43,276 bases of DNA, taken from positions 1-43,276 of the IMG/VR virus record IMGVR_UViG_3300005077_000078. One strand, given 5' to 3'. The translations under genes were made by a program, and so were the position numbers. Shown here one piece after another: positions 16,348-25,590 of the stretch (the first letter of the stretch is position 1; each line of letters starts with the position of its first letter). Source of the stretch: a virus (lineage: Duplodnaviria; Caudoviricetes). The notes beneath the pieces are model-generated. The model was not told the DNA's origin. It saw only the letters and a list, made by a program, of their open reading frames with translations, and searched no databases.

Positions 16348-16707
16348 ATGGCGGTCGGAGACATCACCTACACCAACAAGGGCGGCGAGCAGCCGTACTC
16401 GGCTATCGCCACCGGCAAGCTGGAAGTGGAAGCCGCCGCGGACGCCAACATCATCTGCGGATTCCACCCCAGCATGGTCATCATCATCCTCGCGGACGCC
16501 GGCGGCACCGCCGACGCCCTGCTGATCCGCACCGAGGCGTTCCCGGCGGGCGACCATCTGCGGGTGGCGAACGACGGCGAGCTGACCATCCCGACGTCCC
16601 TGGGCTTCGTGGCGTACACCGGGGCCGGCGGGCTCGGCTTCACGATCCCCGCGAACCAGACGGGTGCCGCCGACAGCGACATCATCTACTGGATCGCGTT
16701 CCGCTGA
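16348..16707 (+). CDS. Putative capsid decoration/cement protein
   Basis: 119 aa directly after the capsid gene. CGFHPSMVII, GFTI and IYWIAFR patterns recur in small virion proteins. Confidence 0.6.
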   Translation: MAVGDITYTNKGGEQPYSAIATGKLEVEAAADANIICGFHPSMVIIILADAGGTADALLIRTEAFPAGDHLRVANDGELTIPTSLGFVAYTGAGGLGFTIPANQTGAADSDIIYWIAFR

Positions 16708-16714
16708 CCGCAAC

Positions 16715-16747
16715 CGGGGTGGCAGGGTATATATACCTGCCACCCCG
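16715..16747. repeat. 12-bp perfect inverted repeat with a GTATATATA loop
   Basis: CGGGGTGGCAGG / CCTGCCACCCCG. Confidence 0.75.
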
Positions 16748-16749
16748 AC

Positions 16750-16770
16750 ACTCGCCGGGGGGCGTAAAAC
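16750..16770 (+). promoter_or_regulatory. ACTCGCC-loop-GGCG-TAAAAC element, copy 2
   Basis: Matches 14210-14232 and abuts the GGAGG RBS of the 159-aa gene. Confidence 0.6.
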
Positions 16771-16782
16771 CTGGAGGCGAAA

Positions 16783-17262
16783 ATGAACGACAAGAAGACA
16801 GTCATCGTCGAAGAGGACCTCGAGTCCCAGCTTCTCGAGGAGGAGGCTCGCCGCGGCCGCCCGAAGGCAGTCGTGGTCGAGGAGCCGCCGGCCCCGCAGT
16901 TCTCCTTCAAGGAGGGCAAGCCGCTGCCGGAGGGGTTCGAGAACCCCCAGAAGGGCGAGGCCGGTCACAAGTGCCTGGACCCCCAGGGCAACTACCAGCC
17001 GACCTGGTACCAACTGAAGCTGGCGAAGGTCTTCGACCACCAGCAGAACCCGCAGTTCGTCGGCTGCGGGGACCAGGCGTACGGCGTCCCTCTGGACGTC
17101 TGGGTGGACGTGCCTCCGGGGGTCGTCAACGTGCTGCTCGACGCCGTCGAGACGCACCACGAACAGGTCGTCACGCCCGAGAGTCTGCTGCTCGGGAGAA
17201 GGCCGACGCACATCACGCGGTCGCGCAGCCGTTTCATGTACCAGACCATCGCGTCCGCGTAG
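16783..17262 (+). CDS. Hypothetical morphogenesis protein, 159 aa
   Basis: GGAGG RBS. FVG.....Y.VP....VDVP..VV.VL.DAV pattern recurrent in phage head/tail modules. Confidence 0.7.
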   Translation: MNDKKTVIVEEDLESQLLEEEARRGRPKAVVVEEPPAPQFSFKEGKPLPEGFENPQKGEAGHKCLDPQGNYQPTWYQLKLAKVFDHQQNPQFVGCGDQAYGVPLDVWVDVPPGVVNVLLDAVETHHEQVVTPESLLLGRRPTHITRSRSRFMYQTIASA

Positions 17263-17271
17263 GAGGTCGAG

Positions 17272-20200
17272 ATGAAGGCCCTGCTGAAGATTGCCGCCGC
17301 CTTGATCATCGTCGTCATGACCCACGCTTCGGCGTATGGGCAGACGGCTACGAATCGATACGAAGACGTTGTTCGCAACTCCCGCGGAGACGTCATCGGC
17401 GGGGCCTCCATTTCCGTGTACTACCGCAACACGACCACGCTGGTCGATACCCTGTACTCGACCCAGTACGGGATGCCTACGGCCACCAAGCGGAACCCGA
17501 CCTCCACCGACACGATGGGCAGGTTCTGGTTCTACATCGAGCCAGGCGTTTACGACATCAAGATCAGCGGCAACGGGATCACGACGTACACGCTGGAGGA
17601 CGTGGACCTCTCCGGCGGCACCGGGCGCGACCCGAACGACCCGCAGTTGCTGTTCGGAGAGGGGCCGCCCACGGGCGACTACCCCATCGGCTCCCTCTAC
17701 CAGAGAACCGACGCTACCGCGGACTCGCTGATCTACTTCCGCAGGAACGGCCCGGAGTGGTGGGCGATGCCGGTGCCCGAAGACCGCAGCGGGTCCCAGT
17801 ACGCGCCCGCCAGCGACACCAGCCCCGATGTCGGCGGCACCGACTACCTGATCTTCAGCAACAGCGAGCCGACCCCGGTTACCTACTTCGACAACGGCGA
17901 AGACGGCCAGCTGCTGTCGGTCCTGCTGACGGAGAACAACACCGCGCTGGTGCCAGGAAGGACAGGCCAGAACGAGATCGCCCAGCCAGAGCTGCTGGAG
18001 GGAGTCGGCACCTACGCGGTCTACCGGTACAGCGAGGCCACCCGCTCCTGGTACCTGATCTACAATTCCCACGTCACGGCAGACGTCGCCGATGGCATGT
18101 ACCTGGACGACTGGGCCCCGACCGGAACCTCGGGAGACGGGACCCTGCCCGTGCTGGTCTACCCGGACATCTGGCAGACCTGGGACCCTGACGCTCCAGC
18201 GCCCCTGTACAACCTCCTGAGTGGCGTCTGCCGCGAGGATTTCGGATCGACCGTGCAGCTATCATTGCAGGTCATTGCCGATGAGCCGGTGCAGATGGCC
18301 GCCCAGATCCAGCGTACCCGCGACGGCGAGATGGTGACCCTGACCCCGATCATCAACTACTCGGGCAGCTATACCGACCGCCCGTTCCTGCAAATGGCCA
18401 CCGACTCCACATGCGTGGATGGCGACCTTTGGCGCATCCTGTACCAGCTTTCCAACACCGACGGCATCCAGTCGCCCTGGTGGATCGGCGGTTACCACAC
18501 CGTCGTTGTGGACGAGGACGATGATCCCGTCTACGCGGAACTCGTCGGAGATGTCTCCTTGATCGGGACTTGCGCGACGACCGTGACCCTGGACGCGGCG
18601 TTCACGACCAACATCCCCGCCAAAGCCACCGCCCGCTGGACCGTCGCCGGAACCGGCGACACCTTGACTGTGCCGATTGAGAGCGAGTTCTCGACCGCCC
18701 ACAACATCGTCGTGGACACCGACTCGACCTGCACCTCCTACAAGTACTTCGACTTCTTCTTCACGCTGACCAACGAGGACCTCGACACCGGGCCCGAGTA
18801 CGGTCCCTACCGCTACACCGTTGATCCGGGCAGCACCGACCTGACTCCGCCTAACGAGGCAGACTTTGTCGCACTAAGCGGCCAATGCGTCGAACTCTCT
18901 CCGCGTGCGCTGCTTCAGTTTGGGGCCACCGCCGGGGAGCTGTCCTATATCGGCGTGCGCTGGAACCTCAACGGCGGGACCTGGAATGTGTTCCCGGCAG
19001 GAAACGACTTCGCCACCGATCACGGGCCATTTACAATCGACACCGGAACGCAATGCGCCGCCGACGACGAGTACTTCGTCGAGTACCGCTTGACCGACGC
19101 ATTCGACAACACCAGCGACTGGTTCGACGGTGGCTCATGGGTCGTCGATTATGAGGAGCCGGACGAAGACACGACACCTCCCTTGATCAGCGAGGAGGAG
19201 TCGTATGTCTACGGGACCGTGGACAGCGGATACGCTAGGCTAACTGTCGCAATCGAGTGCGACGAGAACTTTCTCGCCAACTGCACGGCGTATACGACCG
19301 GCGGCGACAACGAGATTACCTTCACGATGCCCGAGTACACCGTAGTGCCGATCTTCGATAACCCCGTGCATCGGAACATCACCACCATGACGCCAGTCCG
19401 CGACGGCCAGACCTGGTACGTTACCTGCGACCTTGTTGACGAGTCCGGTAACTTCCGCGGAGACAACTACGTCGGCAGCTTTACCTACAGCCTCTCTGCG
19501 ACGGTTGGCCCCGAGGTCACGGGGGTTCAGGGCACCATCGACGACGGACAGACGGTGATCATCAGCGGTTCCGAGTTCGGCGTGAAGTCCCCGGCCGCCC
19601 CGTATACCTGGGACCGGATCGACAACATCGCCGCTCACAACGCGACCGCTGACGGCGCGATCATGCCTTACAACGGTTCCTACATGTGGCAGGCGAGCCC
19701 GCAGGGCATCGAGTACAACCCCCCGTGGCGCGTCGGCAAGTCGGTCCACAACGACTACGGAGGGATCGGGCCGCGCCAGACCGGGGTCCCGTACTACTAC
19801 CAAGGCTGGAAGACGGCCATGTCGCGGCCTGAGCTGCCGACCTCCCATGAGCGGTGGTTTTTCAACTGGTGGACGTGGACCGACGACACCGACACGCGGT
19901 CCAACGCCGACTACTCTTCGTCGTCCAAGTACATCCGGCTGTACGAGACTGCCGACGTTCAGGCCAGCCCATGCAACGGCCACACCTACATGATCACCAA
20001 CGGCAACGGTGCGATTACAATCTGGGACCGCGACGGTGACGGGTTGCCGGACCCCGACCAATGGGGAAGCTGTAGCAACCACACCTACGGCGGCGATGCC
20101 TGGAACCACGGGACCGACTATCTCGGCAGCCCCCAATGGGTGAACATCCAGGTTCTGGTGGATTACACCGAGGCCGACCACGGTCTCGGGATTCTGCAAG

Positions 20201-21909
20201 AGTGGATGAACAACCACCTGTGCGTTGACCGGCAAACAATGACGCAGGGATATGACTCGGACGGCAACGAGACTGTCGGCCGCGAGTACGGGTTCTGCCA
20301 TGTCTACGACTTTGGCTATGACGCCGTCTCGCATTCGCCAGATCATGACAACACCAAGCATTGGGGCTTTTCGCATATTTACATCGACACCACGATGGCC
20401 CGCGTGTTCATCGGCGACGAGAGCGCCTACGCTTCGTGCAGCCACATCGAGATGCAGCCTCCGGCTACCTGGTCCGACGGCTCGATCTCGGTGCAGCTCA
20501 ACCAGGGCACGTATGCCGACGGCGAGCTGTCGTACCTGTTCGTCGCCAACGCCGACAACGAGATTTCTGCCGGGTTCCCCGTCGTATGGGGTGAGGTGGG
20601 CGGTAATAACGGCGGAGGCGAGGAGGACGACATCGCGCCCTGGATCTTAGATGTCGGGTTCTCGCTGACAACCGCCCCTTACGGAGACGGCGTGTTCCCT
20701 GACTCTCTGGCAATCGTAAGCCATTTTACCGCGTCTGAGCCCGTGACTGTTGTGAACCAGTACGCCATCACGGGAGTCAACGGGGTGCCGGAAATGTGGT
20801 ACTGGCTGCCTGCCGACACTACTGGCACCGAATCGACCGTTCTGGCTACCAATGTCGTGACCACCGCCTATACGGCCGAGTCTCACGCAGACGACGTAGA
20901 CTTCTTCATGCACTATGCCCTGCAAGACGCGGCCGGGAACCGCAGCGGATGGCTGACCCCTCTGTCCGCCTTGGGCGGGCACCATACCGGAGTCCCCGAG
21001 GAAACGGAGCCCGTGGCTGTGGACTCGGTATTCTGGACGTTCGCCTACAACACGTCCGCCAGCCCGATTGATTATCGACACCCGATCTGGGGCGGGACGA
21101 AGTATCAGACCGAGGGGCAAGTCTTCTCCGACAGCCTCTACTACTTCTGCTGGGACGCCAGGCAGCCGACCGCGACTGCCGACCGGGTGTTCAGCTACTC
21201 GTCGTACTCCTTCGGCGGCTACTCTAGCCCGCTGACCGGGGGCCTGGACGCGGCCGAAGACACCAGCCGCGTTGCCTTCGTCGGCATCGCATCGGCCGAC
21301 CGCCTTTCCGGCCTCGGGCAGTACATCGTCGAAGCCAAGTACTACTTCCGCTCCCGCGACGGGGCTGGCACGCATCCTTACTTCTTCACGCCGGAGCCGA
21401 ACTTCTACGCCGCCGCAGTCTGCACAGCCAGCGCCCTGTTCGACGCAGAAGACGTCACGATGCGAAACAGTTCTCCGTATAACTACTTCCCGAACAACAT
21501 CAGCTACACGGCTTGCGAAGGCCCTGAGTTCGGCTCCTGGAACCCGCCAGACTTCGATGAGCTTGCCGCCTACGGGCTCGGCGACAGCATCCAGCTGTCC
21601 GTGGCCCAGGGTACCTGGTACGTCCAGGACATCACCGAGGAGCTGCAAGCCTGGTACAACAGCACAAATGAAAGAGGCATCATCCTCGCTCAGATGGGAT
21701 GCGTGCCAGGAACGGTCGCGCCTCCAGACTACTGCTACGCCGACTTCAGCCCCTGGAGGTCCTCGACGTCGTCCTCCCGTCCGATGCTGTTGGTGAAGCT
21801 GGCGATCCCGCAGGACTTGCACATCCCGGTTGGTGAGCCGCTGCCGATCCCGACGCCGGGCGGCGGCAAGAACCCGACTCCAGTCGAGCCGCCCGGAGGT
21901 GGTGAGTGA
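17272..21909 (+). CDS. Modular fibre/adhesin-like protein with N-terminal Sec signal peptide, 1545 aa
   Basis: Signal peptide MKALLKIAAALIIVVMTHASAYG. Spike-anchor-like domain GASISVY...NP.STD..GRFWFYIEPGVYDIKISG, and fibre motif GEGPP...GSLYQRTD. About five Ig/FN3-like units, an IPT-like domain with a large insert, and a DNRLRE-like C-terminus (QDITEELQAWY...GIIL...RPMLLV). Confidence 0.8.
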   Translation: MKALLKIAAALIIVVMTHASAYGQTATNRYEDVVRNSRGDVIGGASISVYYRNTTTLVDTLYSTQYGMPTATKRNPTSTDTMGRFWFYIEPGVYDIKISGNGITTYTLEDVDLSGGTGRDPNDPQLLFGEGPPTGDYPIGSLYQRTDATADSLIYFRRNGPEWWAMPVPEDRSGSQYAPASDTSPDVGGTDYLIFSNSEPTPVTYFDNGEDGQLLSVLLTENNTALVPGRTGQNEIAQPELLEGVGTYAVYRYSEATRSWYLIYNSHVTADVADGMYLDDWAPTGTSGDGTLPVLVYPDIWQTWDPDAPAPLYNLLSGVCREDFGSTVQLSLQVIADEPVQMAAQIQRTRDGEMVTLTPIINYSGSYTDRPFLQMATDSTCVDGDLWRILYQLSNTDGIQSPWWIGGYHTVVVDEDDDPVYAELVGDVSLIGTCATTVTLDAAFTTNIPAKATARWTVAGTGDTLTVPIESEFSTAHNIVVDTDSTCTSYKYFDFFFTLTNEDLDTGPEYGPYRYTVDPGSTDLTPPNEADFVALSGQCVELSPRALLQFGATAGELSYIGVRWNLNGGTWNVFPAGNDFATDHGPFTIDTGTQCAADDEYFVEYRLTDAFDNTSDWFDGGSWVVDYEEPDEDTTPPLISEEESYVYGTVDSGYARLTVAIECDENFLANCTAYTTGGDNEITFTMPEYTVVPIFDNPVHRNITTMTPVRDGQTWYVTCDLVDESGNFRGDNYVGSFTYSLSATVGPEVTGVQGTIDDGQTVIISGSEFGVKSPAAPYTWDRIDNIAAHNATADGAIMPYNGSYMWQASPQGIEYNPPWRVGKSVHNDYGGIGPRQTGVPYYYQGWKTAMSRPELPTSHERWFFNWWTWTDDTDTRSNADYSSSSKYIRLYETADVQASPCNGHTYMITNGNGAITIWDRDGDGLPDPDQWGSCSNHTYGGDAWNHGTDYLGSPQWVNIQVLVDYTEADHGLGILQEWMNNHLCVDRQTMTQGYDSDGNETVGREYGFCHVYDFGYDAVSHSPDHDNTKHWGFSHIYIDTTMARVFIGDESAYASCSHIEMQPPATWSDGSISVQLNQGTYADGELSYLFVANADNEISAGFPVVWGEVGGNNGGGEEDDIAPWILDVGFSLTTAPYGDGVFPDSLAIVSHFTASEPVTVVNQYAITGVNGVPEMWYWLPADTTGTESTVLATNVVTTAYTAESHADDVDFFMHYALQDAAGNRSGWLTPLSALGGHHTGVPEETEPVAVDSVFWTFAYNTSASPIDYRHPIWGGTKYQTEGQVFSDSLYYFCWDARQPTATADRVFSYSSYSFGGYSSPLTGGLDAAEDTSRVAFVGIASADRLSGLGQYIVEAKYYFRSRDGAGTHPYFFTPEPNFYAAAVCTASALFDAEDVTMRNSSPYNYFPNNISYTACEGPEFGSWNPPDFDELAAYGLGDSIQLSVAQGTWYVQDITEELQAWYNSTNERGIILAQMGCVPGTVAPPDYCYADFSPWRSSTSSSRPMLLVKLAIPQDLHIPVGEPLPIPTPGGGKNPTPVEPPGGGE

Positions 21910-21910
21910 C

Positions 21911-22669
21911 ATGACGATCAGCGTACAGCAAACTCCAGGGACCAGGACATTTCTGGAGTGCGTCCAGCGGGCGCTCAGGTCCATCGGGGAGTTGCCGCCG
22001 GCCACTCTCGTCGGCCCGAGCCCCCGCGTGATGCTGGCGATGCAGGCTGTCGAGGACGCGAGGGACGAGATCTTCTACCACGCGACGTGGTGGTTCCGCC
22101 GCGCCTTCAAGGTTGTCAACCTGGTCGCCGACACGCCGTGGTACCAGTTCGAGGATGACTTCCAGGACTTCCTCACCAGGCCGACGAAGAGCAACCGCTT
22201 CTACTCCCCTCTCGAGTTCAAGACGTGGGAGCAGGTCATCGAGCTGTTCCCGGAGATGAGAACGGCTCCTCCTGGCACGGCCGGCAACGACCTGACGACC
22301 GTGTCGCAGTTGTCGGCCATGACGTACTTGTTCGGCGAGCCGTACCTGTACACCAGGGTCAACGACTACATGGGGGTATTCCCGATCCCCACCGAGGACG
22401 CCATCGCGGCCTCTCCGAACCTGGTGTACTCGTACCTCACGCACTCGGTGCCGATGACGTCGGACAGCGACCTCACGGGCCTGCCGAGAAACCTGTGGCT
22501 GGCCCACAGCTTCCTGTCGAACGCGAAAGTCAAGCTCGCCGCCGAGTTTGCGGACTGGCAAGTGGACGAGGCCAAGGGCAACGATCAGCTTCGCAAGGTC
22601 ACGGCGATGTCTGGGTCCATCGTCCAGTCGGACAACACTCAGGGCCACCTGATCAACTACAACGAGTAG
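21911..22669 (+). CDS. Head-tail adaptor (tail tubular protein A-like)
   Basis: TFLECVQRALRSIGE...V.DA..EI...WWF N-terminus and its position before the nozzle gene. Confidence 0.75.
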   Translation: MTISVQQTPGTRTFLECVQRALRSIGELPPATLVGPSPRVMLAMQAVEDARDEIFYHATWWFRRAFKVVNLVADTPWYQFEDDFQDFLTRPTKSNRFYSPLEFKTWEQVIELFPEMRTAPPGTAGNDLTTVSQLSAMTYLFGEPYLYTRVNDYMGVFPIPTEDAIAASPNLVYSYLTHSVPMTSDSDLTGLPRNLWLAHSFLSNAKVKLAAEFADWQVDEAKGNDQLRKVTAMSGSIVQSDNTQGHLINYNE

Positions 22670-22676
22670 GCGGTAG

Positions 22677-24350
22677 GTGATGCTGGGCTACGAGGAGCGG
22701 TCTTCAGGGCTGGAGATGTTCAACTTCGGGGGCCTCGACACAAGGCACTCCGAGCTTGCGTTGCCAGACAACTCCAGCCCGAGGATGGCGAACGTAGACC
22801 TGGTCTTCGGCGGCATCAGCAAGCGGGACGGAGCCGACCTCATCGAGGCGCTCGGGTACACCGTGTCCCACATCGCGCCCCTGTTCATCCAGGAGACGGG
22901 CGTCGGGTTCCTGTACTTCTTCTGCCGCAAGACCGGCCAGGACGCCAAGGTGTTCCGGACGCCGATGCCCGGCACATTCTCCCTCACGGAGATCCCGCCC
23001 CCGGACGGCGAGACGTACCCCTCGGATCCCGACGTGATGGCAGTCAGGGCGAACTACGACGCCGCGCCGGCCCTCTACCTGCCGCGCAGGAACGGCATCC
23101 CCATCGTGTTCGCGGGGGCCGCGGCGGCCAGCGACGCCGCCCTGATGCGTGCCGGGGAGTACGGGGACGGGGAGATTGGCTCCGGGACCACCGGGTACCC
23201 GGAGGACTGGGACGACAGCCCTCCGTCCGTCATGCGGGTCATGGGCTTCGGCAAGGGATCGCGGCTCTATGCCGGCGGATTCGCCGACGACCCCAGCCGC
23301 TACGACTACAGCGAGATGGACGTCCACAACAACTTCCTTCGCCACGACGTCGATGACCCGGAGCAGGTTGACGCCGCGCTGGACGGCGGGTACGCATACG
23401 CCAACAATGGCGACGACGACATCATCGTGGACTTCTTCGACATGTACTCGTACCGGGTCATTGCGAAGAAGAGGTCGCTGGTACTGTACACGGGAGACCC
23501 TGGTGCCGACGATCTGAACCAGGTCGCCACGTTCGCCGTCGGCTGCGTCGGCGTCCACGCCTGGGCCAAGGTGTCGAACGACGTGTTCTTCTGGTCCGAA
23601 GACGGGCCGCGCAGGATGTCGTCGGTGCAGGAATACGGAGACCTCGTCCACTCCAACATCGCCGAGACCAAGATCAAGGCGGACGTTCTGGCCGTTCTGC
23701 CGTCCTCGTTCGCTAACATCCGGTGCATCCACGACACGGCCCGCTCCAGGGTTGTCTGGTACATTCCGCAGTACGGGGCGCAGGAGAACACGGTAGGATT
23801 CGCCTACTACTACGCCGAAGACAGGTTCGCGAAGATCACCGGCCCGTCCGGCCAGATCACGGCGTGCCATCTTGTGCGCACCGACAGCGGCACGTCCGGG
23901 AAGTGCATCGGGGCCGACTCCTCCGGGAACATCGTGTGGATGTTCACGTCGAACTCCGACTCCGGCAACCAGGACATCGACGCCGAGTACGTCACCAGGT
24001 GGATGTTCAACAACGGAGACATCGGGTGGTCGTCGCACGGGATCTACCTCGACGTGGTCTTCAACGACGACGGCCGCGGGGATTGCAAGATCTACTACGA
24101 GGTCGATATGTCGGGGCAGTTCATCGAACTCACCCGCGGCACCAAGCTGCACGGCGGCGGTGGCGGCGTGTGGGGCTCCGGTTTGTGGGGCGACGGCGGC
24201 GTGTGGGGCGAGTCCTCTCGCGCCTACGTCAGGTTCGAGTTCACCGCGCTCTTCAGCATGATCAGGCTGAAGTTCGCATCAAATTCAGCAGTAAAGTGGG
24301 GCGTCATGGGGTTCAGGCTCGATGCGAGAAGCAAGGGGGCCAGAGGATGA
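22677..24350 (+). CDS. Tail nozzle (tubular protein B / P22 gp10-like)
   Basis: N-terminal FGGLDT...L....SP.M.NV, VGCVG...W......FFWSEDG beta-propeller motifs, about 557 aa. Confidence 0.8.
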   Translation: MMLGYEERSSGLEMFNFGGLDTRHSELALPDNSSPRMANVDLVFGGISKRDGADLIEALGYTVSHIAPLFIQETGVGFLYFFCRKTGQDAKVFRTPMPGTFSLTEIPPPDGETYPSDPDVMAVRANYDAAPALYLPRRNGIPIVFAGAAAASDAALMRAGEYGDGEIGSGTTGYPEDWDDSPPSVMRVMGFGKGSRLYAGGFADDPSRYDYSEMDVHNNFLRHDVDDPEQVDAALDGGYAYANNGDDDIIVDFFDMYSYRVIAKKRSLVLYTGDPGADDLNQVATFAVGCVGVHAWAKVSNDVFFWSEDGPRRMSSVQEYGDLVHSNIAETKIKADVLAVLPSSFANIRCIHDTARSRVVWYIPQYGAQENTVGFAYYYAEDRFAKITGPSGQITACHLVRTDSGTSGKCIGADSSGNIVWMFTSNSDSGNQDIDAEYVTRWMFNNGDIGWSSHGIYLDVVFNDDGRGDCKIYYEVDMSGQFIELTRGTKLHGGGGGVWGSGLWGDGGVWGESSRAYVRFEFTALFSMIRLKFASNSAVKWGVMGFRLDARSKGARG

Positions 24351-24835
24351 GCTGGTCCGCATACGTCACCAGGATGTCGCCGAACGACCTGTACAGCCTG
24401 CTCGAGAAGCACAGGCTGCTGCCGGCGTCGGAGTCCGTGCTGCCGCACATCATCGCCGTGTCGGAGCGCGGCAGCTTCGTGAAGATGATGAACGGCGAGG
24501 ATGAGGTCGCGACCGTCATCTTCAGCAACGTCGTGGAGAACGAGTCGTTCGAGATCGACCTGATCGTCAACCCGGCGTACTTCATCGAGGGCCAGTACGA
24601 GCAGCCGCTCAAGGACTGCCTCGGCCCCGTGATCGGCGACATGTTCATGGCGACCGGCGCTCGCAGGTTGTCCAGCGCCGTTCCCAAGACCAGGTCGAGG
24701 ACCAAGTACGCCCTGATGTCCCTGGGGTTCAAGAGGGAAGGCCAGCTACGCGAGGCCGCCCACTTCTTCGGTCGAGAGCCGGAGGACGTCATCGCCCTCG
24801 GCCTTTTGCGCACAGAATGGTTCGGAGGTGCATGA
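24347..24835 (+). CDS. GNAT-fold (RimJ/L-like) tail-module protein
   Basis: LGFKREGQLRE and D...GLLRTEW. It occupies the usual podovirus slot between nozzle and ejection genes. Confidence 0.7.
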   Translation: MSWSAYVTRMSPNDLYSLLEKHRLLPASESVLPHIIAVSERGSFVKMMNGEDEVATVIFSNVVENESFEIDLIVNPAYFIEGQYEQPLKDCLGPVIGDMFMATGARRLSSAVPKTRSRTKYALMSLGFKREGQLREAAHFFGREPEDVIALGLLRTEWFGGA

Positions 24836-25581
24836 TGGGATGGTTTGGTGACCTTCTCGGCGGAGCCGCGCAGGGCCTGATCGGCTCCGGCGGCAACCCC
24901 CTCGGCGCAGCCCTTGGTGCCGGTGCGTCCCTGCTCGGGTCAGGCTCCGGCGGCAGGACAGAGTCCACGATGCCGGCCCTGCGGCCCTGGTCTCCGTCCG
25001 AGGCCGCCATCATGGCAAACCTCGAGAAGTCGCTGGCCGGGTTCTCGACCATGACCCCGGAGATGCGGGCGAAGCAGGAGGAGACCCTCTACAGCCAGAC
25101 GTTCAAGCCGATGCAGAAGTCCATCGAGGACGCCTGGCTTGTCGCCGGCGGCAAAATCGACGCGGCCAACCTCCGCCGCGGCGGCGGCCAGTCCAGCAAG
25201 ATGAAGGCCGACCAGCTCGCGGTGAAGGCCGGCATGGCGAGCGACGTGGCCTCCGCATCCGCGAACGCAAGGATGGCCGCGAGGAACTCCGTGCTGAACG
25301 AGGCCGCGTCGGCACGCGCCGACCAGGCGGCACTCGCGGCGATGATGGACACGCTGTGGAAGAACCGGCTATCCTCCTCCGGCGTGAACCGCATTGCCCC
25401 CGACACGTCCGGGTACGACGCGGCGCGGATGATCGGGACGAACCTCGGCGACAAGGACTCCTGGTTGAGCAAGTCGCTGCCCTCCGCGTGGCAGGGGATC
25501 AAGGGCCTGCTGGGCGGGGGCATGTCCAGCGAGCAAGGCGACGTCCTCGAGGGTCTCACCAAAATGGGCAAGTTCTTTTAG
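24832..25581 (+). CDS. DNA ejection (internal virion) protein 1
   Basis: Gly/Ala-rich hydrophobic N-terminus GAALGAGASLLGSG, helical body, position. Confidence 0.7.
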   Translation: MMGWFGDLLGGAAQGLIGSGGNPLGAALGAGASLLGSGSGGRTESTMPALRPWSPSEAAIMANLEKSLAGFSTMTPEMRAKQEETLYSQTFKPMQKSIEDAWLVAGGKIDAANLRRGGGQSSKMKADQLAVKAGMASDVASASANARMAARNSVLNEAASARADQAALAAMMDTLWKNRLSSSGVNRIAPDTSGYDAARMIGTNLGDKDSWLSKSLPSAWQGIKGLLGGGMSSEQGDVLEGLTKMGKFF

Positions 25582-25590
25582 GAGGCCGCC

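Noticed and set aside
6496-21909. Diversity-generating retroelement targeting the adhesin C-termini
   Set aside because: No reverse transcriptase and no template/variable repeat pair visible. The two C-terminal domains resemble each other only at the protein-motif level.
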